DNA from: the human T2T-CHM13v2.0 reference genome, Homo sapiens
NCBI RefSeq assembly: GCF_009914755.1
Contig: NC_060942.1
Direction: 5' to 3' (one strand)
DNA length: 64,000 bases
The stretch's first letter is position 1. Every line of letters begins with the position of its first letter. Position numbers and translations under genes: made by a program. The notes beneath the pieces were generated by a model. The model was not told the DNA's origin. It worked only from the letters and a program-made list of their open reading frames with translations, and did no database searches. This document shows positions 1 to 15,030 of this stretch, one piece after another.

Positions 1-3000
1 GAGGTAAAAATATCTCATTATAACTGGAGTAAATGCTTAATTTTCCAAAGGCATGTTAAAGGCATTATGGGTATCCTCAGAAAACCTACTCTCAATCTTC
101 ACTTGAATCGATCTTCAACCTGAATCACTGTATTACTTGTATATTATTCTCTTTATTATCCTGACAAAAGGCAGAATTTGAATGAAAACATCTTTTAAAT
201 ATTAAATCACCGTGTCCTTCAGGAATTAAAAAGAAAACACGAAACAGATTCAGAGGGACAAGGGGAAAGGAGAAAAGAGGAAGGGAAAGAGGTGGGGACA
301 GCCAGCTTAGGCTGGCAAACCGCAGGCTCAGGCAGTGGTGACAAAAGCCAGCTTGGTCCAAGGCGGCCAAGAAAATGGACTAGAAAAAGAATGTTGCAAA
401 CATACAGGTCTGAGGAGCTCCCAATGGCGACCTAGGAAACCCAAGCTCTAGAAAAATCACTCCTCACACATGTCTCACCTCAGCCTCCCCTCCTACCTCC
501 ACATTTCTACTTAAGACAAACATGAAAGGCAGGCTTGAAAGGGAAAAGGAGTCACAAAAGACAGTGTGGGTGGCGGACAGGTAGAGGAGCAGGTCTGCCC
601 TTTTGCAAGGTAAGCCAGGGTGCTGCGGAGTCTAAGCACACAGTATAAACACAGCACTGAGTAACAGTGTTTAAGGGAATCCAAGAGGTCTGTCCAGTAT
701 CCCAAACAAAGCACCCTCTCCAGGGTAATCACAGCTTTAAGAGGCGGTCATCTACCCTCACCTCACAATGTGTAAGGAAAGGAGCACTTATAAGGCCACT
801 TATTTCACTGATTGCAGGTCAGTTAGAAGACTGGTCTTTTTTTTTCCTCTCTCTCTCTTTTCAATAAGCCTCAACTCTGCCTCATTGTAATTACCCTCAC
901 TGCTAACTTAGGCTATCCAAAAAATTTCATCGCTCGTCTATACAGTATTCCTTCAAACTGAAGAAAAGAGAGCTTGTATTTCCCCAAAATCTTCCATTGT
1001 CCAGGGCAAAAATAATTAGTTCCTTCAACTCGGGCACAGTAGAATGAGTCAGGAATCCTAAGGTGTACATTTCAGCTCTTCCAACAATGATGTGTGACAC
1101 TTTCGGCAAGTGGCCATCTTCCAGAGCCTGTCCTTCCTTCTCTCATTTCACAGACAAGGCTAGCCCTACTGGCAAGGGGTCAGGGGTGTGGCAGGGAAGA
1201 CATGGATCTCCAAATATGGACAACGCGGTGGGCTCTCTTTGGGATTTTGCTCTTGGGGCTGCTCTGCTCATAGCTCTGGCTCCAGAAACCAATGCTTCTA
1301 TGCCCAAGTTTCCCCTGGCCTTGGGCCCTTGGACAGGGGGGCAAACGCAAGGGCTCTGAGGGTGAGAGGAAAAGCCACAGCTAGAACCATCAGAGATGAG
1401 GCCCAGAAGGACAAGTGCCCTGAGAAGCCCTGCAGGACAACCTGTGAGAAACAGGCTTTCCACAGGACGGGTTAGGAAATTAACTACTGTGTACCACACT
1501 GCCTCAAAAGGAAAATGCATTTTAGTCCCAACCAAATTACACGTAGTGTTTGGAATACCTATTACACACAGACACTACAAACCTAGGTGAGAAGTTTCTC
1601 TTCTGAAAGTAATCACAGACATGGCTATTTTTATCTTTAATAAACATTAAAGGCAGTAATGATAAGCACTGCTGCAGAAAAAAACACACCTCTGCCTCAC
1701 TCTGCCACATTGTTTAACAGACTTCAAATGTATTTGTAAAAGGAAGGCTAAGGTGAAAAATAGCAGTTAGCATTGCCAGATTTCAATGAATCAAGTTTCC
1801 CTTCAATATTGCCTAATTTCCCACAAGGCCATGGGATTTGGATTAGTTTACACTGAAGAGATATAGCTGAGTCACATATGCTACTTAGGAATGGCAATCT
1901 GACTGTGGAAACAATCTCTAACTCATCTCTCATCTCTTGAGTGTGGAATGGACCCAATGACTCTTGTAACAAAGCTAGGGAGTGAGAAGGAGGGTAGCAA
2001 ATCCCATCGGATACTTTCAAACTATACTTGGTCTTCCTCTGTATTCCAATTTAACCCGTGATTCCATGTTTCAGAGGAAGTCACACAGTGAGTCACTTCC
2101 AGTTGAAGGAGTGAGTTTTATTACTCAGATGTGTTGGAGGATAAATAAATACCATTCACCTACATGATGAAGACAATCAAATCTCTCTCCTGGGCAGCAC
2201 GCCCTTACTTTCATCTGCCTACCTACTAATTCTTCCTGGATATCACACAGGGATCCCAACTCAATTTCTCTAAAAGCAAAATAGCCCCCCAAAGACGTGA
2301 CTTTCTATACTCCCTATTAATAGCTACCTGAATGTCTAAGCTAGAATCCAAACCTCATGTTAAAGCTGTTCCTGTTTCTTCAAACCTACTATTCCCATCC
2401 ATTCAACTCTGCCCTGATGAACTACCAACCTCGACAGTTCTAATCTTCTATTGGCCATTGCCCCCTATAACCCATCCTTCATGCTAGAAGGGTCACTCTA
2501 AGACAATGGACTGCATCGCTTTCAAGACTTCTGACATTTCCTGTTACTCACAGGACAAAAAAAGCATGGGACATGTGGCCAGTAAGGGAGGCCCAGAAAA
2601 AAGAGATGCCCAATACCATGGCCCTCCATGATATTCGGATACCAAATCCGAACTCCTGAAATGGGCCATGCAGATCAGAGCACTGGGTGAATAAAACTGA
2701 AAGACCTTTGAAACAAAGCAGACTATTAACAGCTCCAAAGAACACAGCCAGGCCCACTTGCCAGGGCCAGGAGGCTAAAGGGCTATGATAAGAAAGCTGC
2801 AGGGTTAACTAGCTACCTTCTGTGCTAGCCCAGGAAGAACCCCAGCCAAAATGCCAGAGGGACTCTGAGGAAAGGACCTAAGATACCTCTCCCACAACAT
2901 ACATGCTTGCACATAGACCCCACACTTTGACTACCCATCGCCATCAGCTCCACCATTTCCAGCAGGGCACACACCCCAGGGAGGCCCAAATAACAAAGCA

Positions 3001-6000
3001 CTCAGCCAGATAATTCCTCCAAGGGCCCAGAGGAAGTCAGACCAAAGTGGCCCAACCAGATTTCACCTCTACCCAGAGAGCAAAACAGCCCGTCAGTGTG
3101 TCTAGGAAAGGTCAGGGCTTCTGGTGAGTCAAATGGACAGTGAAATCCCCACTCCCAGGGAAGTTATGTAATCTCCTCCCATTATATAGCCCCACTGATT
3201 ACAGGCACTATCAATTTATTTTGTAATCACAGAAGCTTTGATAAAGCTGTATGAACAAAGACCAGTCTCTCTCTGCCAGGAATTTTAGAGACCTCAAGCA
3301 TCTGAACACCATGGCTGGACACTGGAGCCCCAGAGACCTTTCAAAACCTGGCCCATGTGCCACTCCAAGCCCTAAGCAGTAGCTGGATGGAGCTACTCCC
3401 ATTTTCTAGAAGCTTTGCTCATGCTGTTCCCTCTGACTAGGATCCCTTTGCTCAGTCCAGATAAATCTCATCCATTACATTTCAACCACTTTCTCCTCTG
3501 GAAATCCTTAACCAGCCCTCACTTCCCACCACATGCCTTCCAAGGATTTACTACAGCAGTTTTATGGGGCTCAGCCCATTGTACTATGACGGAAGAAAAT
3601 GAGCCTTAGTCATCTATCTTCCATACCTCAAACAATGTCCAGCCTCTCTTGGGTGCACAACTCCTATTGTTGAATGAACTTGTAAGTCAGCTCATCTTTG
3701 ATATGACAGCAAGAAAATGACTACGTTATATTGGAAGTTATATTAATAAAGGTTTCCTATTAAATGCAATTCTGTTCTCAATCCAGCCAAGTCAAAACCT
3801 TGGAGAGAAACTGCACTCATCTTTGCAATCATGCACAAAGGTAGACACAGAATAAGAAATAATTTATGGCTCTGGCCTCTAGGGGTGGGCTACAGCAATC
3901 TGTCCATGGACTTCCTATGGTGTGGTGATGGGGCAGGTGTCTGCCATCCAGTTTCCCTGAGTACTAAGGTTTATAATGTAAAGACTATCCCTGTGTTTCC
4001 TGTATGCATTAGACACTTGAAGAAAAATGGTTCCTTGAAAATAATGAGCTTTGAGTTCTATGGAACTCACTGTAGTTGACCCAAATAGTCCAGAAATAGA
4101 CTATTTCAGAGGAACATCTGAAAACACTGGAAACTAAACAGATTACGCTGCCTACAACTGTGTGATGTATCTGCTCAAGATGGCAAAGAAGAGGAACTAA
4201 AATGACAGAAGATCTACCTGGGAAGAAAGCCCATGACATACACAGGGCTCAGGACAGAAAACAAGTAGGGAAAGAGAATTAAAGTTTACCAAACAGGTTG
4301 ATATGGTAGGATTAATAGGAATTTCTTAACAGAGGAGATTTGAAACGCTTTTTAGGGCACATAAAAAGTACTTACAACATACATTTTAGTCATAAACACA
4401 TTTTGCCCCAAGATGTAATTCAGGCTAAAATATGAATTATTTTCTTGAAGTTATTATTTCAAGAAAAATCTACATACATCGAATAAAAACTAGTTATAAG
4501 AACCTAATTACTTCTGGATATGTCTCATAAATAAGAAATCTGAAGCACTTGTGCAATTGATTGATTGCTGCAGTATGGACTCAACAAGCCACATTTTTCA
4601 TGGAACATCATTTTTACTTGAAAGAACAACTGAAAAACTATGGTTAAACTTGTGCATCTGACCTACATTTTCTCGAAAATGAGCAAAGTGAGCCTGACAC
4701 TTCAAGAAAAACTGACAGTATTTGTTGCCAATGATAAAATTCAAACTTTCAAGCAAAAATCTGAATTTTGGAAAACTGCTTCCCAATACTTAAAGATACA
4801 AAAGATTAAAAAGGAGGCTTTTTTTGGCTAAATGGTACAGGGTTTTGGAAACAGATTCAGCTTGACAATTTCACAGCATTTTGTAAGTTTTTGGTTTGCA
4901 CTCTTCTAACTGGTTTTAATAACTTATTATCATTTATAAGACCTACAAAAACAGAGTAGGTTAAGCCACATCAATCTAATTGCCTACAAGACACGTGCCA
5001 ACATTTTTACATTATATCAGTGACCGTTCTATGGCAAACATTAAGCATTCAAATAAGGAAAATTTATTAGTGTTTCACACAAGTTGAATTAAGAATCTAC
5101 AAATAATATACTGACGCACTAACTTTAAAAAAAAAGGGATGACTAGAATTCTGATTTCCTTTGGTTAGCTTTTTGAGTAATATAACTTTAACATGTTACT
5201 CATAATACTAAGAAAGTGGGAAAATTGTTATGTAAGTGTGAAAAAAACTTTCTCCAAAATCTTTCAAAGTTAAATTCCTAGTAAAAAAACATACCCCAAA
5301 GATGTCCAAACTTTTAAAGAGTTACATGAGAAAGTAAAAATTGCTATAGAATGAAGAGTTAATTTATAAGACTCCAAAATGGCAAAAAATAAAGAAAGCT
5401 CTTGTTGAGTATCTAGATAATATCAAATCCACTAAGCTACCACTGTCATTTGTACTATAGGCTTCAAGGGGTAGGTTTTTGTGAGGTTTTTTGTTTTTTC
5501 TGGCCTAAAGGAAAACTGCAATAATGTTAAAATATTCTTCAAACTTTACCCTAAAACTTCTATTTTGGGATACGTCAACGTTTCACAATGCATTTCTTCT
5601 TAAACATCATCATCTGAGTTTATACACCTCACTGAATCCAAAAATTAATTATTAAAGAAAAAGTCTCATAGTAATTTTAAGAAATGAAGCAGTCTGGATT
5701 AGGTTTCCATCTTCCTTCCCTGCTGCAATTCACTGCAATAATCTACTACACTCAAGACAATGCCCTGATCATTCCATCTGAAAATTCTGCAGGTGTTTTC
5801 ACTCTGTAAGGGGCATTACATTTTTAGCTAACTCGGAACAAAGAGCACTGGCTCAAACGACCACAGTGTGTAAGGAGAAATGAGAGGAGATGCTCACTGT
5901 TACTAAGTAATTGAACATTAAATACGTAATAGCCAGGAAAAACTCAGAAAAGTTTTGGAAATATGACATATTTTAATATGCATGTGAAGTTCATAATTCT

Positions 6001-6827
6001 CATTCACTAGAATTAACGCCGCATTGGCTCCTTTTCAACAAATGGGGGACGAGGAATTCGGATATTTAATAAAGAAGTTAATTCAAGCAGTTTTACAAAA
6101 GTGTATTTTGCACCAAAGGCCAAAAAATGATAAACCGGTTAACATTTTAAACTACAAGTTCCCTTAGATAACGGTTATTTTAATCACTATTTTCTCAGAA
6201 GTCATCCTAACAGGTAGCAAAGGCAACGTACCCTTGAAAATAACACCCAAGCAGACTAAAATAATGGAGCATTGTTTTTACAAGACAACTCATCGCCTTA
6301 AAATTCCCCAAGTATGGCACAAAAAGAATGGGGTCCACTGACCCCATTCTAAAAAAGCGACCTAGGACCCTAGAAAACACACATTGTTGGACTCAATCAC
6401 ATTCCCTGCTGCTGGCTCCTCCATATTTTTACAACCAGTTATTATACCCGAGAGTGTTTGAATAAAACTACGATTAAGCACTCAGTTTAGGCTTAAAGAC
6501 TTAACATTAAATGGATAAAGCTGTCATGAACACTCAAGAAAGCGACTAGGGCATCCCCGGCCATCACACTAATTTTGCTACGTCTATTTAATGCAATCTT
6601 TTACGTTATTAACAAACATGCATTAACAAAATGCATGCATTAACAAAACTCACATACCAAAGCCATGCCCTGAAGCAGTTTGACACGTCTGAAATAACAT
6701 TTAAAACAAAACGCTTTTCTGCGGGCCCCTGTTTAAACAGCTTCCAAATCCCAGAAGTAACATCGGATAACAGCCTGCGCTGGCTGTGGTGTGACCAGGG
6801 GAAGCGAGGGTGTGTCTCGGTGCTTAC
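1..6827 (-). other. B4GALT6: B4GALT6 intron 1 (partial; continues past window start)
   Basis: Begins at the canonical donor GTAAGC (6827-6822, minus strand) directly after exon 1 CDS; no further B4GALT6 coding exon recognised in 1-6827. Confidence 0.9.
4545..4780 (+). mobile_element. hAT-Charlie (Charlie1-like) DNA transposon, transposase fragment
   Basis: ORF 4640-4831 reads [40 protein letters not shown], resembling the recalled Charlie1 transposase segment [41 protein letters not shown]. Confidence 0.7.
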
Positions 6828-6942
6828 CGATGCCTGGGGCCACATAGATGAAGTACAGACAGGACGAAGAGAGGGAGAAGAAGAAGATGAAGGCGAGGAG
6901 AGAGCGATTGGAAACCCGCATCATCCGCCTGAGCACAGACAT
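6828..6942 (-). CDS. B4GALT6: Beta-1,4-galactosyltransferase 6 (lactosylceramide synthase), coding exon 1: cytoplasmic tail and type II signal-anchor
   Basis: Translates MSVLRRMMRVSNRSLLAFIFFFSLSSSCLYFIYVAPGI, matching the recalled B4GALT6 N-terminus. It is 115 nt (38 codons + 1) and ends at the strong phase-1 donor ATCG|GTAAGC. The ORF-track extension to 6733 is intron read-through. Confidence 0.96.
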
Positions 6943-6949
6943 CTTCCTC

Positions 6950-8210
6950 TTCCCTGCCAGCAGCCCAGGCTGCGCTCTCAGGCCGGACTCGGGGCCACTG
7001 TCCAGGCCCTAAACTTCCATAAATGTGCTGAGAACCCCGAGACTGCAGCGGGGTCCGCGCGGGGAGGCTCTGGGGAGAGGGCCCGAGCGGAAAAGAGGAA
7101 ATGGGAGGGAGCGGACGGAATGAATGGGAGGCCAGAGAGTCGGGGGAGGGGAGGCGCGGAGGCCGAGGGACAAGAGGTGGAGGGGGGAGAGGGGACTGGG
7201 GGCTAGGGGCCCGGGGACGGCAGGACGGAAGAAAGCCGGGGAAGGGCGAGGAGGAGCGTTTTCTCCGCCAAGCAGCGGCGGGAGGAGGGGCTGCAGGTGG
7301 GAGGAGGCGCAGGCTGCGCGCCGCGGCGCCCCTGCGGAGAGGGGCAGCTAACTGCAGCACGCCCGGCTCCGCTGCCCGCGCCCGGCGGGGTCCCGCCGCG
7401 AAGCCCCGTGCTTAGGGTCCGGGCCGCCCGCGTCCGCTCGGCAGGCCCTGCGCCGCCTCCTACTCCGGGCCGCGGCGTCTCCTGCCTGCGCGGGGCTAGC
7501 GTGGGCGCCGGGGCCGCAACCAGCGCGCGCCACGCGCGGGGGCCCGCGGGGGCCCTCGGGGCCGAGGAGCTGGGCGCTCGCCTGCACCGAGCCGCCTCCT
7601 CATGCCGCGCCGGGCCCCGGCGCCCCGCGGCCGCCGCGGGAGCTGAGCACAGGCCAGGGCGGCGTCCCGGCCAGCGACGAACGCGCTCCGACTCCGGCCG
7701 CCGCCAGCTGCCTGCCTGGCCGCAAGGGCGGCAGCGGCATTACCGCCGCGCGCCCGGGGTGAGGCGCCCCCGCCGGGCCCGCGGACACCAGGCGAAGAGC
7801 AACCGGGCGACGCGCGCTGCGGGCAGAGCCGGGGAGCCGGAAGAGCAGAGGCCGAGCGCCGTCGGAGCCGCGTCTGGTTGGAGAAAGAGGCGGACGTGAA
7901 GGGGCGGGGGAGCCGCGGAGGAAAACCGGGACCGGCGGGAACGTCTCGAGACCCCTGCGCGCTTCGCGCGCTCGCTCGGAACTCGGCAGGCGGCGCTGCG
8001 CCGGGCCCCGAGGAAACCTGGAGGTCCCCGCCCTCCCCGCGCCCGAAACACCGCGCGTCCTGATAGGCCCGCGCCCAGCAGCCCCCTCCCCGCGCCCGCC
8101 GCACCGGGGCCCCACCGCCTCCTGCGTCACCGCCGCCCCCGCCCGCCCGGGGACCCCGCGGTGACCGCGCTGCTGGGGGTTGAGGGACGCGTTGCGAGCC
8201 CCGGATACAT
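6950..8210. promoter_or_regulatory. B4GALT6: CpG island / promoter of B4GALT6
   Basis: Very GC- and CpG-dense stretch directly upstream of the start codon, with GC boxes (GGGGCGGGG ~7901, CCCCGCCC ~8026) and G-runs at ~7140-7215. Confidence 0.9.
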
Positions 8211-10739
8211 TGTACCCTGGGGGTACATAATGAAGGATGCTGTACCTGAAAGGAAAAGGGCATCTCCAAAAGGGGACTTCGCGGGTGGAATTTCCTTCCA
8301 AAATCCTCGAGGAACAAGGTGTATTTCCGACCTGGATTAATGAATCCCCCCTCCTATCCCGCACTTCCTGTGGAAACAGTGTCAGGATGTGGCGCGGACC
8401 TATGTGCGTCCCTTATACCAGGACTTGCCTTCAACGCTGAAGGTGAACCCTGGGTCATCCTCGCTGTATTCAGGCGGCGCTGCAAAGGCTTCTGGGCAGC
8501 CAATAGGCCCTTGAGCGCCTCAGCCCCATCTTGCTTCAGTAGGCAAACGGACGGGTGTCTTCATCCACCTCCTAGGCCGTGGTCTACCCTTCGTTCAAAT
8601 GTTTCTTCCTGCTAGCTGACTGTCCAGGTCCTTAGCTGTATCACATTGTTCAAATGTGTGTGCGCAGGTGTTTCTTTTTCAACTAATCATGCAGGAAGTG
8701 GCGGGATGCCTTACTGCCATTATTTGCTGAGTATTTCCAGATGGAACTGTAGTTGATAGCCAATAAATTTGGTACGTTTTTATCGGGATGCGCATGCCAT
8801 AGATCGTCCCTGAGATAATGCTTTGCAATGTGGAACCTGAAACACCTATGTATAAGCCCAAGCCTTTCATTAATATTAACTGTGAGACCCCTGGAAGCTA
8901 CTACTTTGTGTGAGCCTGTTTTCTCCGCCCTCAAACAGTGGATATAATACCCCCTTGCAAGGCTGTGAGATTAAATGGATAACTGTGCATAATGCTAAGC
9001 ATGGTGTCTGGGACGTAAGAGGTTCCTTATATCCCATTAGTTCACTAGGTGGGATCACCAAGTTGAAATTCATTTTTTAATATTTTGCTTGTTGGAGTAC
9101 TCACAACTCAACTTCTCTGGCTAATTTGATGTTTAATTTGAAAGGTAATGACACTATTTTGTAACATTTTTAGATGCTTAAGGGAAATTTGAAATGCAAA
9201 GTGGAACAACATTAAAAGGAAACTCATTTGTAAAATAAAGAAAAACAAAATCTATGCAAGCCAAAGAAGTCATGAATGCTGAGGAAGCAAAAATTGTGAT
9301 TTTCCCCTCTCCAATCCCACTGTTCATTTATCTTTATTTGCATCAGTTAGACTGGTTGTTTACAAAGCTAATACCACCATACCACTAGTCAAAAGAGAGT
9401 TCCATACCTTTGCTGACCTAGTGGTAGACCATTCTTCTCAGGCAAGGTTGGCTTTTTCAAAGGAAAGTTTACTATAAACTGAGAGAGAAGTAGTAACATT
9501 ATAGAATTTGATGATTCATCTATAAGAAATCTGAAGACTGTACAGATGAACCTAGCTGGCATAGATGACTGCCATCGGTTTCTCCCCTAATTTTAACCCT
9601 ATCTCTTGATTTCTCTTGTTCGGCAAGTGTCCCCCACGGTACTTGTTAAGACTGATTAGCTCTCCCCAGGAGTAGACTTTTATCTGTTGTACCAGAAAAC
9701 AAGCCTAGTCGGTGCAGCCATTGTTGTGAGGATTAAATTAAATGAATTAATGCCTGTAAAGAGCATGGGAGAGGCTGGTACATGGTAAGCACCATTCGAG
9801 TATTTGTAAAATATATTTTTAGAAATCTCTCCTTGCAGTCACTCTCTGTCCACAGTAACAAATGATGGTTGTCTCTTTCTGCTTAAACACCAAATTTCCT
9901 AGTGGGTCACCCATTAAGTCTGTCTCTCATAGTCTGAGGGATGCCTCAGGGTCTCAGCTCATGTTTAAAACAGAGATAGATTAAATACTCAGTGCACAGG
10001 AAATGCTAACTGAGCCTTTCCAAACCCACAATATCAACTGATATTTCCTCAGGAGCCAAGTAAGCCCCATAACAGAGGAATGACCTTGCAGAAATCTAAA
10101 AGTCTATTTTTTAATGCCATTAAAAAGATCTTAATCCTGTAATAGTGAGACATAACTTACAACAGTAAGACAGAAATAAATTTTATTTAATGGCTTTGTT
10201 CTAAGTTTATTACCACCAAGTATTCCTTTTATTATTTTCTGTCCACTAGGGACACCGTGCTCTTAAATATTTGGGTATCAAACTGAATAAATTAAATCAT
10301 AATTAATGGTTTTCTAGTTGTATTAATAAGAAGTATACACAGATTGCAATTGAAAAAAGAAAAATGTACTTGTTAATGAGATGGATGATATTTTACTTAG
10401 TCTGTGCTGACTGAGTGAGGATGAACAATATACACTGTGTTTTGAATTTGCTTGTGAGCATGGTAAAATAAAAATATCTAATTTTTTTCAGTGAATTGGG
10501 GGGAAGAAATGAAAGAAAATAGTGTATAGAATCTCTTTTATGGTAGCTAAAGATTCAGATCTTCATGTTACAATCACTGATTAAAAATAGTAATTATATC
10601 TGTTTAAATGCATAGTCTCAGCATCTGAGACTCAGCTAAAGAAAATTATTGGGTTGATGAATTATGCTTAGACAATTGAATTTGTATTTATATAATTGTA
10701 GATCATATAAAAGACATTGGCATGATTCATAAAATGGAA

Positions 10740-10820
10740 TATTTATATACATATAATTGAGTGTATATATATATACATATATATATATATATACGTATAT
10801 ATATATACACACACACATAT
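10740..10820. repeat. (TA)n/(CA)n microsatellite
   Basis: Imperfect TA run followed by CA run. Confidence 0.9.
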
Positions 10821-11194
10821 GTAATTCCAAAATGTTGTGGTACAGATACTTCTCAAAAATTTGTATTGTGAATATGATCAGATCTCTGGTGAGAAAAAAG
10901 ATATTGGTCCCTGTATCTTATTTAGATTATATAAAAGAAATTTTAAATGTCTTACATTTCAGAACAAATATGATCACTTTAAAGCCAAATTTTAATAATT
11001 CTATATATATGAAATAATATAGAACTGTATGATAATTCTGTATTGTAGTTAAAATTTTAAAAGAAAACCACTGTAGTGGTAGCAGCCCTACTTCAGCATT
11101 TGACCCAAATTTCTTACTAATCTCAAAGTGCCTGAACTCTTTGATCTTAGATCCAAGATCATTCTTTCACATCATGCAAATGTCCTAGCATTTT

Positions 11195-11400
11195 CAAGCA
11201 TTCCAACCACTTTGATATCATTTTCACAACATCCCTTTGGGGTTGGTATGGCAAGTATTATTATGTCCTTCTGAGATGAGGAAGCCAAAGCTCGGGAGGT
11301 AAAATACCGGGCCTGAGGTCACACAGTATAAAGGTAGCAGAGCTGGGAAGAAAGCCCAGATGTTATCAGCCTACTTCAGTGCCCTTACTACAAACCACAC
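11195..11400 (-). mobile_element. MIR SINE
   Basis: MIR core similarity: gagatgaggaagccaaagctcgggaggtaaaataccgggcctgaggtcacacag. Confidence 0.7.
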
Positions 11401-11996
11401 CAGCTCTTATCTTCACACACATTATTTTGCCTATCAGGGTAAGTGTTTTCTTCATGTATTTTTTTCATTTTTTAGAAATAAATATATGTAATCCATCTTC
11501 CAAACTTTCTTTACCAATTTTGCCTTAAACATCTGTGCCAAGAAACTATATAAAGTGTACTACATGGTACACTGACAGGGGAAAAACTGGTACATAAAGT
11601 GAAGGCCCGACTACTATCTAGTCCTTGCTTGTCATCAGTTGGTAAGTCAAAACGAGAAAATTAATGGATGGTGTTAGCTTTATTCATTCTTTTTCTCAGC
11701 TTAATGCTAGGTTTATTCAGTAGATTGCTGGTTTTGCCTTACAGGGAACCTGAGCTGCCAAACAATAGCCACTGACTGGACTCAAGGCCAGCAAATCCTA
11801 GGCCGACTGGAAAAAGAAGCCAGCCCAACAGAAATGAGAATTTGTTCAGAAAACTATGGGGGTGGAAGGTGGGAGGGCAGACAAGGAGAAGCAAAGATGA
11901 AAGATTGATAGAGTCCAGTCACAGAACATGGTGCCCAGTGCCTTCCATGGTAAGGGATGATACTTAAGCATTCACCAGGGTAAATAGAAGAGGCTG

Positions 11997-12483
<487 letters not shown>

Positions 12484-12654
12484 CTAGATCTTCCTTGAAT
12501 TCTACGCAGTGTTACTCCTGAGAATCTCGAGAGATAGCTTTCTTGTGGACACGTGCATCTTTATTAAAAGGATAAAAGAACTATTACTTGACACAGTTCA
12601 AAAGAATTAACTTATTATGGCCAAAATAGCCTACCTTCAGTCATTTAATGTTTT

Positions 12655-13304
<650 letters not shown>

Positions 13305-13338
13305 CCCAGTCATTTAATGTTTTAAAAAGTCATTTTCT

Positions 13339-13692
13339 TACTACATAGCCATAAAAAAGAATGAGCTCATGTCCTTTTCAGGGTCATGGATGAAGCTGGA
13401 AGCCATCATTCTCAGCAAACTAACACAGGAACAGAAAACCAAACACCGCATGTTCTCACTCAAAGTGGGAGGTGAACAGTGAGAACACAGGGAGGGGAAC
13501 ACCACACACCGGAGCCTGTCAGTGGGGTGGGGGGCAAGGGGAGGGAGAGCATTAGGACAAATACCTAATGCATATGGGGCTTAAAACCTAGATGACGGGT
13601 TGATAGGTACAGCAAACCACCATGGCACATGAATACCTATGTATACCTGCATGTTCTACACATGTATCCCAGAACTTAAAGTAAAATCTTTT
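13339..13692 (+). mobile_element. L1PA (about PA8-PA10) 3' end, 5'-truncated
   Basis: L1 3'UTR (gccataaaaaagaatgag...cccagaacttaaagtaaaa); TSD AAAAAGTCATTTTCT at 13324-13338 and 13693-13707. Confidence 0.9.
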
Positions 13693-13823
13693 AAAAAGTC
13701 ATTTTCTGAACATGATTCTATTTTGATGATATGTGTTACTATCCTAGAACCTAGTACAAAAACAGGGCAATAAATAATTATTGGATCAGTGGATTAACAT
13801 AGTCTTAACCTCTTACATAATTT

Positions 13824-13826
<3 letters not shown>

Positions 13827-13880
<54 letters not shown>
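13827..13880. repeat. (AT)n microsatellite
   Basis: Pure AT run of ~27 units. Confidence 0.95.
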
Positions 13881-13882
<2 letters not shown>

Positions 13883-14719
13883 CTCTGGGTTTTGTGTAAT
13901 GGAATACAAGTTAGTTCACCTTAACTCATCCAGAGCATATTATCAAAAGAGCCATCTTCATAGGCGAATGACTCACAAAAGCAAAAGATAAAATATATAG
14001 ATGAAAGATAGTATACTATGAAAGTACCCTTTTATCATATCAAGAATCTTATACCTGTAGCCAACAGAAGCAATTCAAGAAATGTAATTATGATACAGAG
14101 TATAGTTTTTAATGAAGAATATTTCTAGACCATTTTCTATTCATTTATTATCATATTTAATGTCATAAGGCTCATAAGATTTTCTCAGTCTGTTCTTTTA
14201 ATGACTAAATCATTCTGGGGGGAAAATAGTTTCTAAGCTTTAATGGGTTAATAATGAATTAAGATATAGGATTCAGGTAAATTTGATAAAGGATTTCAGT
14301 ATTTCTGTGTCTGAAATGTTTCTGTGTCTGAAACAGGAATTCTGGACTAGCAACGTCCTCTCTTAAGCTAAAATCCACAAGTTTATGGTCACAGGAATGA
14401 TTTAAGTTACTGTAAAAAATAAGAAGTTTAGGTATATCAGAGCTATTCAAAAGAGAGAAAGAAACTGACCTTTTCAGTCAGCAAAGTATTAATAATACCA
14501 ATTTGCCATGACCAATAAGGAACAACTAGAAATGGAAGCACCTGGCAACATTAAGCAAATTATTAACATAATTCAACATATTAGGTCAAAGAAAAAAATA
14601 CAGTATCTTTTCTTTTTTAGAATAATTGTATAATATTCTAAATATCTATTATCCTATTATTTGTTAATGAACATTGCTTTTCAATTTGAGTCAACAATAA
14701 ATTGAACTACCGTAAACAT

Positions 14720-15030
14720 ATGCACATGTGCATGCATTTCTGTTGGTTATATATTTAGTAGTCAAAATTGTAGATTTTATGATGTGTGACTACTCAGATT
14801 TAAGAGATGCTGGCAAACACTTTCCCAAACTGGTTTTACCAATTTATGCTCCCACCAGCAGCATTTAAAAGTTCAAGTTGCTCGCATTCTCTTCAGTACT
14901 TCCTATAGTCAACCCGATTTTACTGTTACCATTTCAGGTAGAATGTAGTGATGTCTCATTTTGGTTTTGATTTGCACCTTTCTAAGAGCTAATGGGATTG
15001 AGCAATTTTCATACACTTTTGGCTTACAAT
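14720..15030 (-). mobile_element. Old L1M (L1ME-like) fragment
   Basis: Reverse L1 ORF2/3' motifs (ttttaccaatttatgctcccaccagcagc; gtctcattttggttttgatttgcacc). Confidence 0.65.

Noticed and set aside
1063-1590. Cluster of 64-130 aa ORFs in B4GALT6 intron 1
   Set aside because: No recognisable homology or splice-supported exon; consistent with chance ORFs.
6733-6827. ORF continuation GKHRDTPSLPL... after B4GALT6 exon 1
   Set aside because: Lies beyond the canonical GTAAGC donor, so it is intron read-through.
6631-8364. Many long overlapping ORFs (178-273 aa) on both strands
   Set aside because: Low-complexity R/G/A/P translations expected from a stop-poor CpG island; no recognisable domain. 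Only 6828-6942 is real coding sequence.
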